A stretch of 64,000 nucleotides of DNA from Burkholderiales bacterium (GTDB lineage: Bacteria; Patescibacteriota; Minisyncoccia; Phycocordibacterales; UBA9973), in NCBI GenBank assembly GCA_023701005.1, contig JAMPXW010000002.1, positions 45,347 through 109,346 of the forward strand, in the 5' to 3' direction. This document shows, piece by piece, positions 1 through 9,368 of this stretch; the stretch's first letter is position 1, and every line of letters starts with the position of its first letter. Under the pieces are notes generated by a model. The model was not told the origin of the DNA, ran no database searches, and saw nothing but the letters and a program-made list of their open reading frames with translations. A program made the translations under genes and the position numbers.

Positions 1-798
1 AAAATAATCGACCCTTCCAAGAAAATTTTATCTACGGGGTCTATCTCTATTCCAAACCCATATTTCCCAGGACAAAATACAGTTTTTAAAGACTGGAAAG
101 CTCACGGCTGGACTGATATGCGTGAATCTATTGCTGTTTCTAGTGACGTGTATTTTTATGCCATAGGAGGAGGTTATGCAGATCAAAAAGGTTTAGGGAT
201 AGCAAATATTGAAAAATACGCAAGACTTTTTGGTATAGGTACAAAAACAGGAATAGATATTCCAGATGAAAAAGAAGGAGTGATCCCTAGCCCTGCATGG
301 AAATTGAAAAACTTTAAAGGAGAACCTTGGCGCATCGGAGATACTTATCATACAGCTATCGGCCAATATGGATTTCAAGTGACACCAATGGAAATGACAA
401 GGGCTGTGAGTGCGCTTGCAAATTATGGAACTCTAATAAATCCACATTATATTTTAGGTGATACTGAAAAAGAAAAAAATGTTTCAAAAATCAATTTAGA
501 AAAAGCATACATACAAGTAGCTCATGAAGGAATGAGGCAAAGTGTCTTGTCTGGTACATCTTCTCCTTTAAATGTTTCTTATGTTAAAGTAGCAGCTAAA
601 ACAGGTACAGCCCAAGTGGGGATAAGTAAGAGTAGGGTAAATTCTTGGATAATAGGTTTCTTTCCTTATGAAAATCCCAAATATGCCTTTACTATAATGA
701 TGGAATCAGGGCCATCCTCTAACGGTGTGGGGGCTTCCTCTATCATGCGTCAATTGTTAGATTGGATGTCTATTAATACCCCACAATATTTTAAATAA
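1..798 (+). CDS. Penicillin-binding protein transpeptidase domain (PBP2/FtsI-like), C-terminal part. The ORF is open from window position 1, so the gene is 5'-truncated by the window edge.
   Basis: Frame 1 is open from nt 1 with no stop. The protein carries a KTG motif ('AAKTGTAQV') and an SxN-like 'SSDVYFY', typical of the class B PBP transpeptidase C-terminus. Confidence 0.75.
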   Translation, partial: KIIDPSKKILSTGSISIPNPYFPGQNTVFKDWKAHGWTDMRESIAVSSDVYFYAIGGGYADQKGLGIANIEKYARLFGIGTKTGIDIPDEKEGVIPSPAWKLKNFKGEPWRIGDTYHTAIGQYGFQVTPMEMTRAVSALANYGTLINPHYILGDTEKEKNVSKINLEKAYIQVAHEGMRQSVLSGTSSPLNVSYVKVAAKTGTAQVGISKSRVNSWIIGFFPYENPKYAFTIMMESGPSSNGVGASSIMRQLLDWMSINTPQYFK

Positions 799-813
799 AT
801 CTACAAAAAATTC

Positions 814-843
814 TTGATTTTGTCTCAAGTATTACGGTATAAT
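814..843 (+). promoter_or_regulatory. Candidate sigma70-like promoter TTGATT-N18-TATAAT upstream of the small ORF and ctpA
   Basis: TTGATT at 814-819 and TATAAT at 838-843, with 18-nt spacing. The ATG at 850 is very close, which implies a leaderless or very short 5'UTR. Confidence 0.25.
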
Positions 844-849
844 AGATAG

Positions 850-1104
850 ATGAGTAAAATAAAAATACTTTTAGGATTAAGTTTTTGGGTAACAATACTT
901 CCATATTTAGGTTTCCCAATCACTTTAAAAAATCTTTTAATTTCCTTATCCGGATTAGGTTTAATTTTGATAACCTACTTAATATATAAAAAAGAAAAGG
1001 GGAGTAAGAAAGAAGGAAATAAATTCGATAATTTTTCAGAAAATCATAATTTTATTGAACGCGAAATACCAAAAGAGGAAAATATTAACCAAGCTGAATT
1101 TTAA
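850..1104 (+). CDS. Small hydrophobic hypothetical protein (84 aa, two predicted TM helices)
   Basis: ORF with a hydrophobic N-terminal half ('ILLGLSFWVTILPYLGFPITL', 'LISLSGLGLILITYLIY'). No recognisable family. Confidence 0.4.
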   Translation: MSKIKILLGLSFWVTILPYLGFPITLKNLLISLSGLGLILITYLIYKKEKGSKKEGNKFDNFSENHNFIEREIPKEENINQAEF

Positions 1105-1122
1105 TAATCATTAAACAATAAC

Positions 1123-2343
1123 ATGTTAGAATATTTTAGAATAAGGCGAGCATACGCCACCATACTACTTGTAGCCATTTTTTTTGGCTTAGGTACTTAT
1201 TTAGGATACAGTAGAAGACCAGAAATAAATAAGGTTGTCAATATATTAAATAAAGAAACCGCCGTCAAAACAGAAGCGGATTTTTCAATTTTTTGGAAAG
1301 CTTGGAATAATATAAATGAGAAATATCCAAATGCTTCAAAAATTACTGATCAAGATAAAATATATGGCGCAATTTCAGGTCTTACAAACTCATTAAATGA
1401 TCCATATAGTGTATTCTTTAATCCTGATGAAGCTAAAATGTTTGAGGATGATATTCAAGGTAATTTTGGTGGAGTTGGTATGGAGATAGGCATGAAAGAT
1501 AAGATTTTGACAGTTATTTCTCCCTTGAAAGATACTCCTGCCTATAAAGCAAATATTAAATCCGGTGATAAAATATTAAAGATTGACAATCTTGTCACCT
1601 CTAATTTATCAATAGAAAAAGCCATTAAATTGATACGCGGTGAAGCAGGTACGACAGTAAGATTAACTATATTCCGTGAAGGCGACAAAGAACCAAAAGA
1701 AATAAAAATAGTTAGAGGTATTATTAATATCCCAAACATAGACACCGAACTTACAAAAGATAATATATTTATAATTAAACTTTATAGTTTTTCTGCTAAT
1801 TCTCCAGAATTATTCCAAAATGCATTAAAAGAATTTAGTACTTCTAATTCAGACAAATTAGTATTAGATTTAAGAGGCAATCCTGGTGGATATTTAGATG
1901 CAGCTGTAAGCATGGCTAGTTGGTTTTTAGATAGTGGTAAAAATGTAGTCACAGAAGATTATGGAAATAATACGAAACCAAAAGTCTACAGAAGTCATGG
2001 ATACAATATTTTTAGTGATAATCTAAAATTTGTGATACTTATAGACAGCGGTTCAGCTTCAGCATCAGAAATATTAGCTGGTGCAATGCAAGATTACAAA
2101 AAAGCATTCTTAGTAGGAACAAAAAGCTTTGGTAAGGGTTCTGTGCAAGAAGTCGTCAAATTAACCCCAGATACGATTCTTAAAGTCACCGTAGCAAAAT
2201 GGTTAACCCCAAATGGTAATTCTATTTCTGAAAAAGGATTAAAACCTGATTACGAAGTTCCTTTTACCAAAAAAGATTTAGAGACAAATAATGACCCCCA
2301 ACTTAAAAAAGCTTTTGAATTATTAAATAATTGGCCAAAATAA
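1123..2343 (+). CDS. ctpA: Carboxy-terminal processing protease (S41 family, CtpA/Prc-like) with a PDZ domain
   Basis: N-terminal TM helix. PDZ region '[11 protein letters not shown]'. S41 signatures 'LDLRGNPGG' and '[13 protein letters not shown]...TKSFGKGS'. Confidence 0.85.
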   Translation: MLEYFRIRRAYATILLVAIFFGLGTYLGYSRRPEINKVVNILNKETAVKTEADFSIFWKAWNNINEKYPNASKITDQDKIYGAISGLTNSLNDPYSVFFNPDEAKMFEDDIQGNFGGVGMEIGMKDKILTVISPLKDTPAYKANIKSGDKILKIDNLVTSNLSIEKAIKLIRGEAGTTVRLTIFREGDKEPKEIKIVRGIINIPNIDTELTKDNIFIIKLYSFSANSPELFQNALKEFSTSNSDKLVLDLRGNPGGYLDAAVSMASWFLDSGKNVVTEDYGNNTKPKVYRSHGYNIFSDNLKFVILIDSGSASASEILAGAMQDYKKAFLVGTKSFGKGSVQEVVKLTPDTILKVTVAKWLTPNGNSISEKGLKPDYEVPFTKKDLETNNDPQLKKAFELLNNWPK

Positions 2344-2369
2344 CTACGAGTTTAACACCACATAAAATT

Positions 2370-2813
2370 ATGAAAGTAATATTTTTAAAAGACGTATCAA
2401 GAGTTGGTAAAAAAAATGATATAAAAGAGGTAAACGATGGATACGCTTTAAATCTTTTATTTCCCAAAAAATTAGCGACGCCAGCGACACCTAAAGCTAT
2501 AGCAGAATTAGAAAGAAGACAAAAAGAAATTAAAATTGAGAGGGAAGTACAAGAAGATCTTCTAAATAAAAATTTAGAAGAAATAAAAGGAAAAACCATC
2601 ACCATAAGAGCCAAATCTGATGATAAAGGTCATTTATTTTCTGCTATTCACCCTAAAATTTTAGTAGAATTGATGGAAAAAGAATGTCATATACAAATAG
2701 ATGAAAAATTTATTGTCTTAGAAAAACAAATTAAAGAAATAGGGGAATTTGAGATTCCAATTCTAATTAAAAATAAAAAATCTTTTTTCAAACTTATTGT
2801 AGAAAAGTTATAA
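2370..2813 (+). CDS. rplI: 50S ribosomal protein L9
   Basis: '[36 protein letters not shown]' matches the L9 N-terminal consensus. The true start is the internal ATG at 2370; the track ORF begins earlier, at 2331. Confidence 0.85.
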   Translation: MKVIFLKDVSRVGKKNDIKEVNDGYALNLLFPKKLATPATPKAIAELERRQKEIKIEREVQEDLLNKNLEEIKGKTITIRAKSDDKGHLFSAIHPKILVELMEKECHIQIDEKFIVLEKQIKEIGEFEIPILIKNKKSFFKLIVEKL

Positions 2814-2815
2814 TA

Positions 2816-2850
2816 AAAAATCCCCAGTAAACAAACTGGGGATTTTTTTA
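2816..2850. terminator. Rho-independent terminator hairpin between convergent rplI and rpmA
   Basis: 'aaaaaTCCCCAGTaaacaaACTGGGGAttttttt' is a perfect 8-bp stem with A/T runs on both sides, so it is usable on both strands. Confidence 0.6.
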
Positions 2851-2867
2851 TATTTTAAATAGGGAAG

Positions 2868-3140
2868 TTAAATTACATTTACAACCTTTTTAACGACAGT
2901 TTTACCATTGAAAGATACTTTACGCTTAGAACCAAATTTAACAGTTCCAGATTTCAAAGCATAGATAGTGTGATCTTTACCCATAGATACATTATCACCA
3001 GCGGTAATAACAGTACCACGTTGACGAATTATTATTGATCCAGGTTGTGCTTTTTGACCATCAGCAAGCTTAGTACCTAGGTATTTTGGATTGGAATCTC
3101 TCAGGTTTTTCGCTGTCCCGCCAGCCTTTCTATGTGCCAT
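2868..3140 (-). CDS. rpmA: 50S ribosomal protein L27
   Basis: 'MAHRKAGGTAKNLRDSNPKYLGTK' is the canonical L27 N-terminus. Confidence 0.9.
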   Translation of the reverse strand: MAHRKAGGTAKNLRDSNPKYLGTKLADGQKAQPGSIIIRQRGTVITAGDNVSMGKDHTIYALKSGTVKFGSKRKVSFNGKTVVKKVVNVI

Positions 3141-3207
3141 ATATTTTTATACTATTTAATGTTAAAATTTACTTACAGATTAATTAGACTATAGTATATA
3201 CAACATT

Positions 3208-3603
3208 ATGCAAAAAATCAAGCTATTTATAGAAAGTGACACAGGAAAAGATATTATGATGATAATAATCATTATTTTAGTTGGTTTAGGAGCATTTGAG
3301 CTAGGTAGACTATCAAAAAATAGCCCTAAGGAAGGCATAAAAGTCGAATATGAGGGCCTAGAAGCCAATATAATAGACTCAATAAGCCAAAATGAGGCAA
3401 ATATAGCTAAAGTATCAAATAGTCTAAATAATACAAATCAAAAAATAAATTCTGAAAATTTTTTTGCATCAAACAGGGGAAGTAAATATTATTCTATAAG
3501 TTGTGGAGCTGGTAAAACAATTAAAGAAGAAAATAGAATATATTTCAAAACATCAAGAGAAGCAGAAGATGCGGGATACGAGCTTTCTTCATCGTGCAAA
3601 TAG
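3208..3603 (+). CDS. Small membrane-anchored protein with an Ada-like metal-binding ('sunset') domain at its C-terminus
   Basis: N-terminal TM helix. The C-terminus 'SKYYSISCGAGKTIKEENRIYFKTSREAEDAGYELSSSCK' fits the Ada_Zn-binding-like pattern Y..C......ENR..F.....A...GY....C. Confidence 0.45.
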   Translation: MQKIKLFIESDTGKDIMMIIIIILVGLGAFELGRLSKNSPKEGIKVEYEGLEANIIDSISQNEANIAKVSNSLNNTNQKINSENFFASNRGSKYYSISCGAGKTIKEENRIYFKTSREAEDAGYELSSSCK

Positions 3604-3686
3604 CTTTATTTTGTATATATATGTCGTAAAAGGTATATTGTGCGACGTAGTATCTTTTTTAGATATAATATAAAAAGTCCTCCCCT

Positions 3687-4034
3687 CTATCTATTAAAGG
3701 CAGGCGCAGCAGCTTCGTAATCAGTAGGCTTACCATCACGAATTCTTTCCATATTATTTATAAAAGATTTCCAAAAAATATCTACAAAAACATCATTCCA
3801 AAGATATGAAGCCGGTTGTTTTAAATACTTATTCCAAAAACTAACACTCCCTCCCCCGACATATGTTATGTTCTCTTGAGCCACAGGGCTTTCAACTACC
3901 TTTTTGACACTAATATTAAAATAACTTAAAACTAAGATCAAAATAAAACACAAAATTAAAATCCCAATCAAACTAATACCTTTATTTTCTTTTTTTGTTT
4001 TTAGCATAATATTTATATTTAACTTAGAGAACAC
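3687..4034 (-). CDS. Hypothetical membrane protein (115 aa, one TM, GTG start)
   Basis: The ORF starts with GTG. It has a hydrophobic segment 'ISLIGILILCFILILVLSYF'. No recognisable family. Confidence 0.35.
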   Translation of the reverse strand: MFSKLNINIMLKTKKENKGISLIGILILCFILILVLSYFNISVKKVVESPVAQENITYVGGGSVSFWNKYLKQPASYLWNDVFVDIFWKSFINNMERIRDGKPTDYEAAAPAFNR

Positions 4035-4167
4035 TATTAAATAAATTTTTTAGCCAATCTATTACATCTGATAAACTGATTTTAAAATATTTCATCAAAA
4101 AAAGAGCAATAACTATAAAAATAATTAATTTTAGGAATCCTCCTTTTTGATTAGTAAGATTATTCAT
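4024..4167 (-). CDS. Possible very small TM protein (47 aa), not in the ORF track
   Basis: My own translation gives ATG at 4167 and TAA at 4024-4026: MNNLTNQKGGFLKLIIFIVIALFLMKYFKISLSDVIDWLKNLFNSVL. A GGAGG-like 'aaaaggagga' sequence lies inside the ORF, not upstream. It overlaps the start of the 3687..4034 gene. Low support. Confidence 0.2.
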   Translation of the reverse strand: MNNLTNQKGGFLKLIIFIVIALFLMKYFKISLSDVIDWLKNLFNSVL

Positions 4168-4221
4168 TTTATTATTTTACCATTTTTATTTATATGTAGG
4201 CAAACCCGTCTTGACTCGTAT

Positions 4222-5514
4222 TTATAGACGAGGCAGATAATACATTGGATCTAAGTAAGCATTTATTGGAGCAATAGGCTGTGTCAAAACTCTTCCAGGG
4301 CATGATTTACTTGGTAATGTTTTTAAATTTACTGCATCTTTTGCATACATAGATACATGTAAATGTGGCCCTGTTGAATATCCAGTGTTGCCACTATAAC
4401 CTACGACGTCTCCTCTAGATACTTTTTGTCCATTATATACTTTTATCAATGACAAGTGCCCGTATGTACTAGCAAGCCCATTATCATATTTAATTAGAAT
4501 AAAACGCCCAAAAGACACCCCGGGGCATTGTTTGTCTGTGTCTCCTATCCCCGCAATCACACCATCTGCCATAGCTTTTATAGGTGTTCCTACTGGTGCA
4601 CGAAAATCTACGCCATTATGTGAACCAGAAGCATATAATCTTTTTGAATCTTTCGTCACTCCAAAAAGTTGAGTAATATAAACATAATCTACAGGCCAAC
4701 TCAAAACTCCTTTATTAGGAAGTTTCGAAGGATCAAGTATATATTTTAACTGTGACTCATAATCTCGTAATTCTTTTTCAAAAGTATCTTTTTTTGCCAA
4801 TCTATCTTTCAATAATTTTTGATAGCTTGATTCACTATTTTTTGTCTGCGCTAAAAGTTTCTTTTTTTCTGTTGTATTTTGATCAACAATCTTTTTTTGA
4901 TCAGCCAATTTACTTTTTAAAGACAAAAGCTCATTTTTAGCATCTGTCGTTTCTTTTCTTGTATCTTCTAACCCAACTTTTATTTCTTTTAATTGTAAAG
5001 TCGCTTCTCTTATTTTTTCTCCCACAGTGGCTATATTATCTATATCATTCCAAATCAAAGTAAAATCTTTTCCTGAAAGCAAAGTAGCAAGAGTGTCTTC
5101 TTGCTCAAATTCATTTACTTTTCTTATTTGCAAAGAAAGAGATTCTAAATTATTAGAAATAACACTTTGCTTATCATTAATTTGTAAACTTAATTCTTTT
5201 ATTTTTAAATTTGTCTTTTCTATTTTACTTTGTGTTATAGATATATCTGCTATCAATTTCTTTCTAGTTAGATCTAACTGCTTGATGGATGTGTTTAATG
5301 AGCTTTTTTGTTTACCCAAGCTATCTATTTCATTCTGATATTGTTTTATTTCTTGTTCTAATTTAGCTATATCTGTATTCTTTTGACTTATTTTCGCATT
5401 CAATTCCCCTATCGTTTGAGCATAAGAAAAAACCACAGGAACTACAATAAAAATTCCTAAAAATAATATAATTAAATATTTAAACAGCTTTTTGTAATCG
5501 TGATAAAGTTTCAT
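4222..5514 (-). CDS. M23 family metallopeptidase with an N-terminal coiled-coil (EnvC/LytM-like peptidoglycan hydrolase)
   Basis: Signal/TM helix, then a long coiled-coil (Q/K/E-rich heptads), then an M23 domain 'HNGVDFRAPVGTPIKAMADGVI...GYSGNTGYSTGPHLH'. Confidence 0.85.
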   Translation of the reverse strand: MKLYHDYKKLFKYLIILFLGIFIVVPVVFSYAQTIGELNAKISQKNTDIAKLEQEIKQYQNEIDSLGKQKSSLNTSIKQLDLTRKKLIADISITQSKIEKTNLKIKELSLQINDKQSVISNNLESLSLQIRKVNEFEQEDTLATLLSGKDFTLIWNDIDNIATVGEKIREATLQLKEIKVGLEDTRKETTDAKNELLSLKSKLADQKKIVDQNTTEKKKLLAQTKNSESSYQKLLKDRLAKKDTFEKELRDYESQLKYILDPSKLPNKGVLSWPVDYVYITQLFGVTKDSKRLYASGSHNGVDFRAPVGTPIKAMADGVIAGIGDTDKQCPGVSFGRFILIKYDNGLASTYGHLSLIKVYNGQKVSRGDVVGYSGNTGYSTGPHLHVSMYAKDAVNLKTLPSKSCPGRVLTQPIAPINAYLDPMYYLPRL

Positions 5515-6925
5515 TTTTACCTAAAATGTCTGCAATGACAAAAGGATCTGGCGACTTATCAAGCCCTGAAAGTGCGTATCTTATAGGATGCAAAAGCTCC
5601 CCCCTACTTTCTAAACTATTTGCTATCTGCATCAAAACATTTTTCACATTATCGGTTGTAAAATCTTTTTCATTTATTTTTTCTAATTCAAATATAGCTT
5701 TTGATATATTTTCAGAAACTTTTTCCAAAGAAGAATTTTTATAAATTAATTTCTCTTTTTCATATTCAGGTTCTTTATAAAAGAAATCCAACTCTCCTTT
5801 TTCTAACATATCATTTATATCACTCCATTTAGATACTCTTTCTCGAACTATAGAAATAATTTTTTCTGATTTTAATTCTTCTGGAAGATATTTAAAAATC
5901 TCTTCTTTCATATCTTCTAACGACAATTTTTTAATATGTTCTTTATTCATCCAATCAAGCTTCTCATCATTCCATTGCGCACCAGAATGTCCTATACGAG
6001 AAATATCAAAAACTTTTATAAGTTCTTCCATGGTAAATATCTCTCTATCATCTCCCGGATTCCAACCCAAAAGAGCCATAAAATTAATCATTGCTCCCGG
6101 CAAATATCCTTCATTTCTATATTCTAAAACATCTTTTGCCCCATCTCTCTTGCCAAGCTTCTTCTTTCCATCTTTGCCCATGATGGGAGGCAATGTAGCA
6201 TATAGAGGAGGTTTAATATCTAAAGCTTCATATATCGATAAAAATTTGGGAGTAGAAGAAATAAATTCTTGTCCTCTCATGACATGTGTCACCCCCATTT
6301 CTATATCATCTACAATGTGAGCAAAATTATAAGTAGGATAACCATCACTTTTTATTAAAATAAAATCATCTAACGCTTCAGGCCCTGCTGATAAATCTCC
6401 ATATACTAAATCATTCCAATGATAACTTTTAATTTCTGGTACTTTAAAACGAAGAGGCTTGCTGCCGTCCCATTTTTCAAAATTTTCAGGCCCGCCTAGA
6501 CTCACGCCAGTCGAGGCTGGCCTATGATCTCTAAATAAAAATGGTCTTTTCTCTGATTCTGCTTTAGTTCTAAAAGAATCTACTTCTTCTTCTGTATAAG
6601 GGTCAGGGTATGCTAAACCTTTATCAATTAAAATTTGAGCGTATTTTTTATATAAATCTAATCTTTGTGATTGTAAATATGGTTCATGAGAACCTCCAAT
6701 ATTTGGGCCTTCATCCCAATTAATATTTAACCATTTTAAAGATTCTATTATATGATCTATTGAACCTTCTACTTCCCTTTCTTTGTCAGTATCTTCTATA
6801 CGTAATATAAAAGTTCCGTTATTTTTCTTTGCCCATAAATATGCATATAAAGCTGTACGAATACCACCAACATGCATAAAACCTGTAGGTGAAGGGGCAA
6901 ATCTTGTAACTACTTTATTATCCAT
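5480..6925 (-). CDS. gltX: Glutamyl-tRNA synthetase
   Basis: HIGH-region 'RFAPSPTGFMHVGGIRTAL' and KMSKS-like 'KLGKRDG' (class I GluRS). Confidence 0.9.
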   Translation of the reverse strand: MDNKVVTRFAPSPTGFMHVGGIRTALYAYLWAKKNNGTFILRIEDTDKEREVEGSIDHIIESLKWLNINWDEGPNIGGSHEPYLQSQRLDLYKKYAQILIDKGLAYPDPYTEEEVDSFRTKAESEKRPFLFRDHRPASTGVSLGGPENFEKWDGSKPLRFKVPEIKSYHWNDLVYGDLSAGPEALDDFILIKSDGYPTYNFAHIVDDIEMGVTHVMRGQEFISSTPKFLSIYEALDIKPPLYATLPPIMGKDGKKKLGKRDGAKDVLEYRNEGYLPGAMINFMALLGWNPGDDREIFTMEELIKVFDISRIGHSGAQWNDEKLDWMNKEHIKKLSLEDMKEEIFKYLPEELKSEKIISIVRERVSKWSDINDMLEKGELDFFYKEPEYEKEKLIYKNSSLEKVSENISKAIFELEKINEKDFTTDNVKNVLMQIANSLESRGELLHPIRYALSGLDKSPDPFVIADILGKNETLSRLQKAV

Positions 6926-6958
6926 ATATCTATATTAACATTTTTTACCAAAAATAAG

Positions 6959-6986
6959 AAAAGCCCGACAATATTGTCAGGCTTTC
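6959..6986 (-). terminator. Probable terminator hairpin downstream of the cytidylyltransferase gene
   Basis: 'AAGCCCGACAAtatTTGTCAGGCTT' has one mismatch and is followed, on the minus strand, by a weak T-run. Confidence 0.4.
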
Positions 6987-6999
6987 TGTAAAAACATTT

Positions 7000-7500
7000 T
7001 TATCCTTCTTTTCTTATTAAATCAGTAGTATGAAATTCTGATTGAGCTGGTAATATCGTTATCTTTTTGATTAAACCATTCAAACATTTAACCACTGCTT
7101 TGGGAGAATAATCTTTGTCGGTTGTTGTCTCTGATAATACTAATATATCAGGATTCAATTTTTTTATGATGTTGTAATAAGACTTCTTATCTTTTATTTC
7201 AACAACATAATCTACATCTTGAAGAGCAGAAATTATTTTGACTCTTCCTTTGAATGGAATTAATGGACGATCTTTACCTTTTCTTTCTTTAGTAAGTTCA
7301 TCCGAATGAATTCCTACTATTAGTATATCTCCTTTCTGTGCAGCAATATGTATATAATCTACATGCCCAGGGTGAAGTGTATCAAAGACTCCATCAGTAT
7401 AAACAATTTTTCTTCCTCTTCTTTCTTTTAGATATAAAACTCTTAAAAATAACCATGGAATGGTTTTAAGTTTATTACTAATTTTTTTCTTCATTTTCAA
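7000..7500 (-). CDS. Cytidylyl/adenylyltransferase-like nucleotidyltransferase (HxGH family, RfaE-domain-II/TagD-like)
   Basis: 'YTDGVFDTLHPGHVDYIHIAAQKGDILIVGIHSDE' is the (T/H)xGH nucleotidyltransferase motif. Confidence 0.7.
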   Translation of the reverse strand: MKMKKKISNKLKTIPWLFLRVLYLKERRGRKIVYTDGVFDTLHPGHVDYIHIAAQKGDILIVGIHSDELTKERKGKDRPLIPFKGRVKIISALQDVDYVVEIKDKKSYYNIIKKLNPDILVLSETTTDKDYSPKAVVKCLNGLIKKITILPAQSEFHTTDLIRKEG

Positions 7501-7584
7501 CCTCTTAGTATTGTTTTTTAAATGAGCCTTTAGTTAAAAATATTATATCACATTTATCTTTTATGAGCAATAGCAAAAAATAAG

Positions 7585-7613
7585 AAAAGCCCAATATGTT
7601 TTTGGGCTTTTTA
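7585..7613 (-). terminator. Rho-independent terminator downstream of the 7631..7885 small gene
   Basis: 'AAAAGCCCAAtatgtttTTGGGCTTTTT' is a 9-bp stem. Its reverse complement is followed by a T-run. Confidence 0.55.
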
Positions 7614-7630
7614 TAAAAAAAAATTCATAC

Positions 7631-7885
7631 CTAAATTAATTCTGGAATTAGAATATCAAAAACTTCTTTTTCTGCCTTATCTTCAATCCAGACTAATTGG
7701 AACTCATTGTAATATTCAGGATTTCCATAAACTTCTACCGCTTCTTTTTTTAATTCAATGACTTTGTCTTGAGCTTTTTTTTTAGCTTCTTCTTTTTTAT
7801 CTTTATTCTCTTCAACGTCTAAAGAAAAAAAGTTATGTAATGAATTAAAATTATACTGCCCCGAAACATATTTTAATTTCCACAT
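7631..7885 (-). CDS. Small K/E-rich hypothetical protein (84 aa)
   Basis: Strong RBS: GGAGG lies 9 nt upstream of the ATG. No family recognised. Confidence 0.45.
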   Translation of the reverse strand: MWKLKYVSGQYNFNSLHNFFSLDVEENKDKKEEAKKKAQDKVIELKKEAVEVYGNPEYYNEFQLVWIEDKAEKEVFDILIPELI

Positions 7886-7926
7886 ACCTTGGTTCCTCCT
7901 TTTCTATTTATAAATTTTGGTTTCAA

Positions 7927-8121
7927 CTAGATATTACGATATTCTTTCCAAACTATCATAGCACCTGATGGCACTAATTCTTTTTGTTTTTCATTAATTT
8001 TTTTCATCTCTTTTTTTGCTTTTTCTCTAGCAATTTCATGGTCTTGCTGCCTAGGTATTTCTAAAAATAGAGAATGCAACCCAAGAGTAGTAAAATATTC
8101 TAGATGCCAACCATTTTTCAT
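7927..8121 (-). CDS. Small K/E-rich hypothetical protein (64 aa)
   Basis: Strong RBS: GGAGG lies about 8 nt upstream of the ATG. Similar in composition to the neighbouring 84-aa ORF. Confidence 0.45.
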   Translation of the reverse strand: MKNGWHLEYFTTLGLHSLFLEIPRQQDHEIAREKAKKEMKKINEKQKELVPSGAMIVWKEYRNI

Positions 8122-8204
8122 GGTAAGTTCCTCCTTTTTGAATAAAGAATTTAAAAAAAATTAGTTTTATCAATGAGCTAAATATTAACTATATTATATC
8201 ACAT

Positions 8205-9335
8205 TTATTTCTCGTGAGCAAGAGCTATATCAACTAACTCTTTTGCTATCTTCATAGCTGCGTCAGGTTTATTGTAAGCCTTTGCATTTTTAGACATAAA
8301 ATCCCAAACATTTTTATCATTCACTATTCTATCAATTTCTGAAATCAAGATATTGGCAGTCATATTTATTTCCACTATCACATTACAACCTCCCACATGA
8401 GCATAGCTAAATGCATTTTTCTTTTGATGATCTCCGTTAGAATTTGTTATTGGAACAAGAATAGAAGGCACGCCCCATGAAGATATTTCAAATAAAGCAG
8501 AGCCTGCCCTAGATACGATGATAGACGCCACTCCAGCTGCCATTTTCATCGCCAATGGATTAAGAAAAGGATATGGCATATACCTTGCTTTTTCTTCTTT
8601 ATCTCCCAAAACAACTTTAGATTGTGCTTCCACATTTTTAAAATTATTTACTCCTGTTTGGTGTATGATTTGATAATTATTTACGAGCCTAGGCAAAGCA
8701 TCCAAAACTACATTATTTATTAATTCTGCTCCCTGAGAGCCTCCTAGTATTAAAATAACTGGCAAATTAGATTCTAACTTAAAATATTCCAAAGCTTCTC
8801 CTCTCGGTGCTGATTTTTGTATTTCTTCTCTTATTGGATGTCCTGTCCAAGCTATTTTATCTAAAGGAAAATAATCTGCTGCTTCTTTAAAAGATATAGC
8901 AACTTTATTTGCAAATCTACCTGCCCATTTATTTACTCTACCTGGAACAGAATCAGATTCATGAATAATTACAGGAATTCTTAAAATTCTAGCAGCCAAT
9001 ATCGTAGGAAATGAAGCATAACCACCTTTCCCAAAAACAACATCTGGATAAATAGAAAACAATTTATATAATGCATTCAGAACACCAAAAAACATTTTAA
9101 AAATGTCAGTAAAATTTTTAAAAGAAAAATAAGTACGCATCTTGCCTGCTTTTACTTCTTCAAACAATAATCCATTTTCCACCAACATCTCTTTATCGTA
9201 TGGACTATCAGAAAAATAATAGAGCTTCGCTCCTAAAATATTATCTTTGTCTATTATTTCATTAACTTTTTGTACTACAGCGATTATTGGATAAAAATGA
9301 CCGCCTGTTCCCCCTCCAGTAAATACTATTTTCAT
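8205..9335 (-). CDS. murG: UDP-GlcNAc:lipid I N-acetylglucosaminyltransferase MurG
   Basis: 'KIVFTGGGTGGHFYPIIAV' is the MurG G-loop. The gene sits in ftsW-murG order. Confidence 0.9.
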   Translation of the reverse strand: MKIVFTGGGTGGHFYPIIAVVQKVNEIIDKDNILGAKLYYFSDSPYDKEMLVENGLLFEEVKAGKMRTYFSFKNFTDIFKMFFGVLNALYKLFSIYPDVVFGKGGYASFPTILAARILRIPVIIHESDSVPGRVNKWAGRFANKVAISFKEAADYFPLDKIAWTGHPIREEIQKSAPRGEALEYFKLESNLPVILILGGSQGAELINNVVLDALPRLVNNYQIIHQTGVNNFKNVEAQSKVVLGDKEEKARYMPYPFLNPLAMKMAAGVASIIVSRAGSALFEISSWGVPSILVPITNSNGDHQKKNAFSYAHVGGCNVIVEINMTANILISEIDRIVNDKNVWDFMSKNAKAYNKPDAAMKIAKELVDIALAHEK

Positions 9336-9368
9336 TTTTTTCTTTATGACTTTATAAACCTTATAACT

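Noticed and set aside
3687-4034. Type IV pilin or pseudopilin
   Set aside because: The N-terminus 'KGISLIGILIL' lacks the G-F-T/S-L-I/L-E class III signal motif, and no prepilin peptidase site is present.
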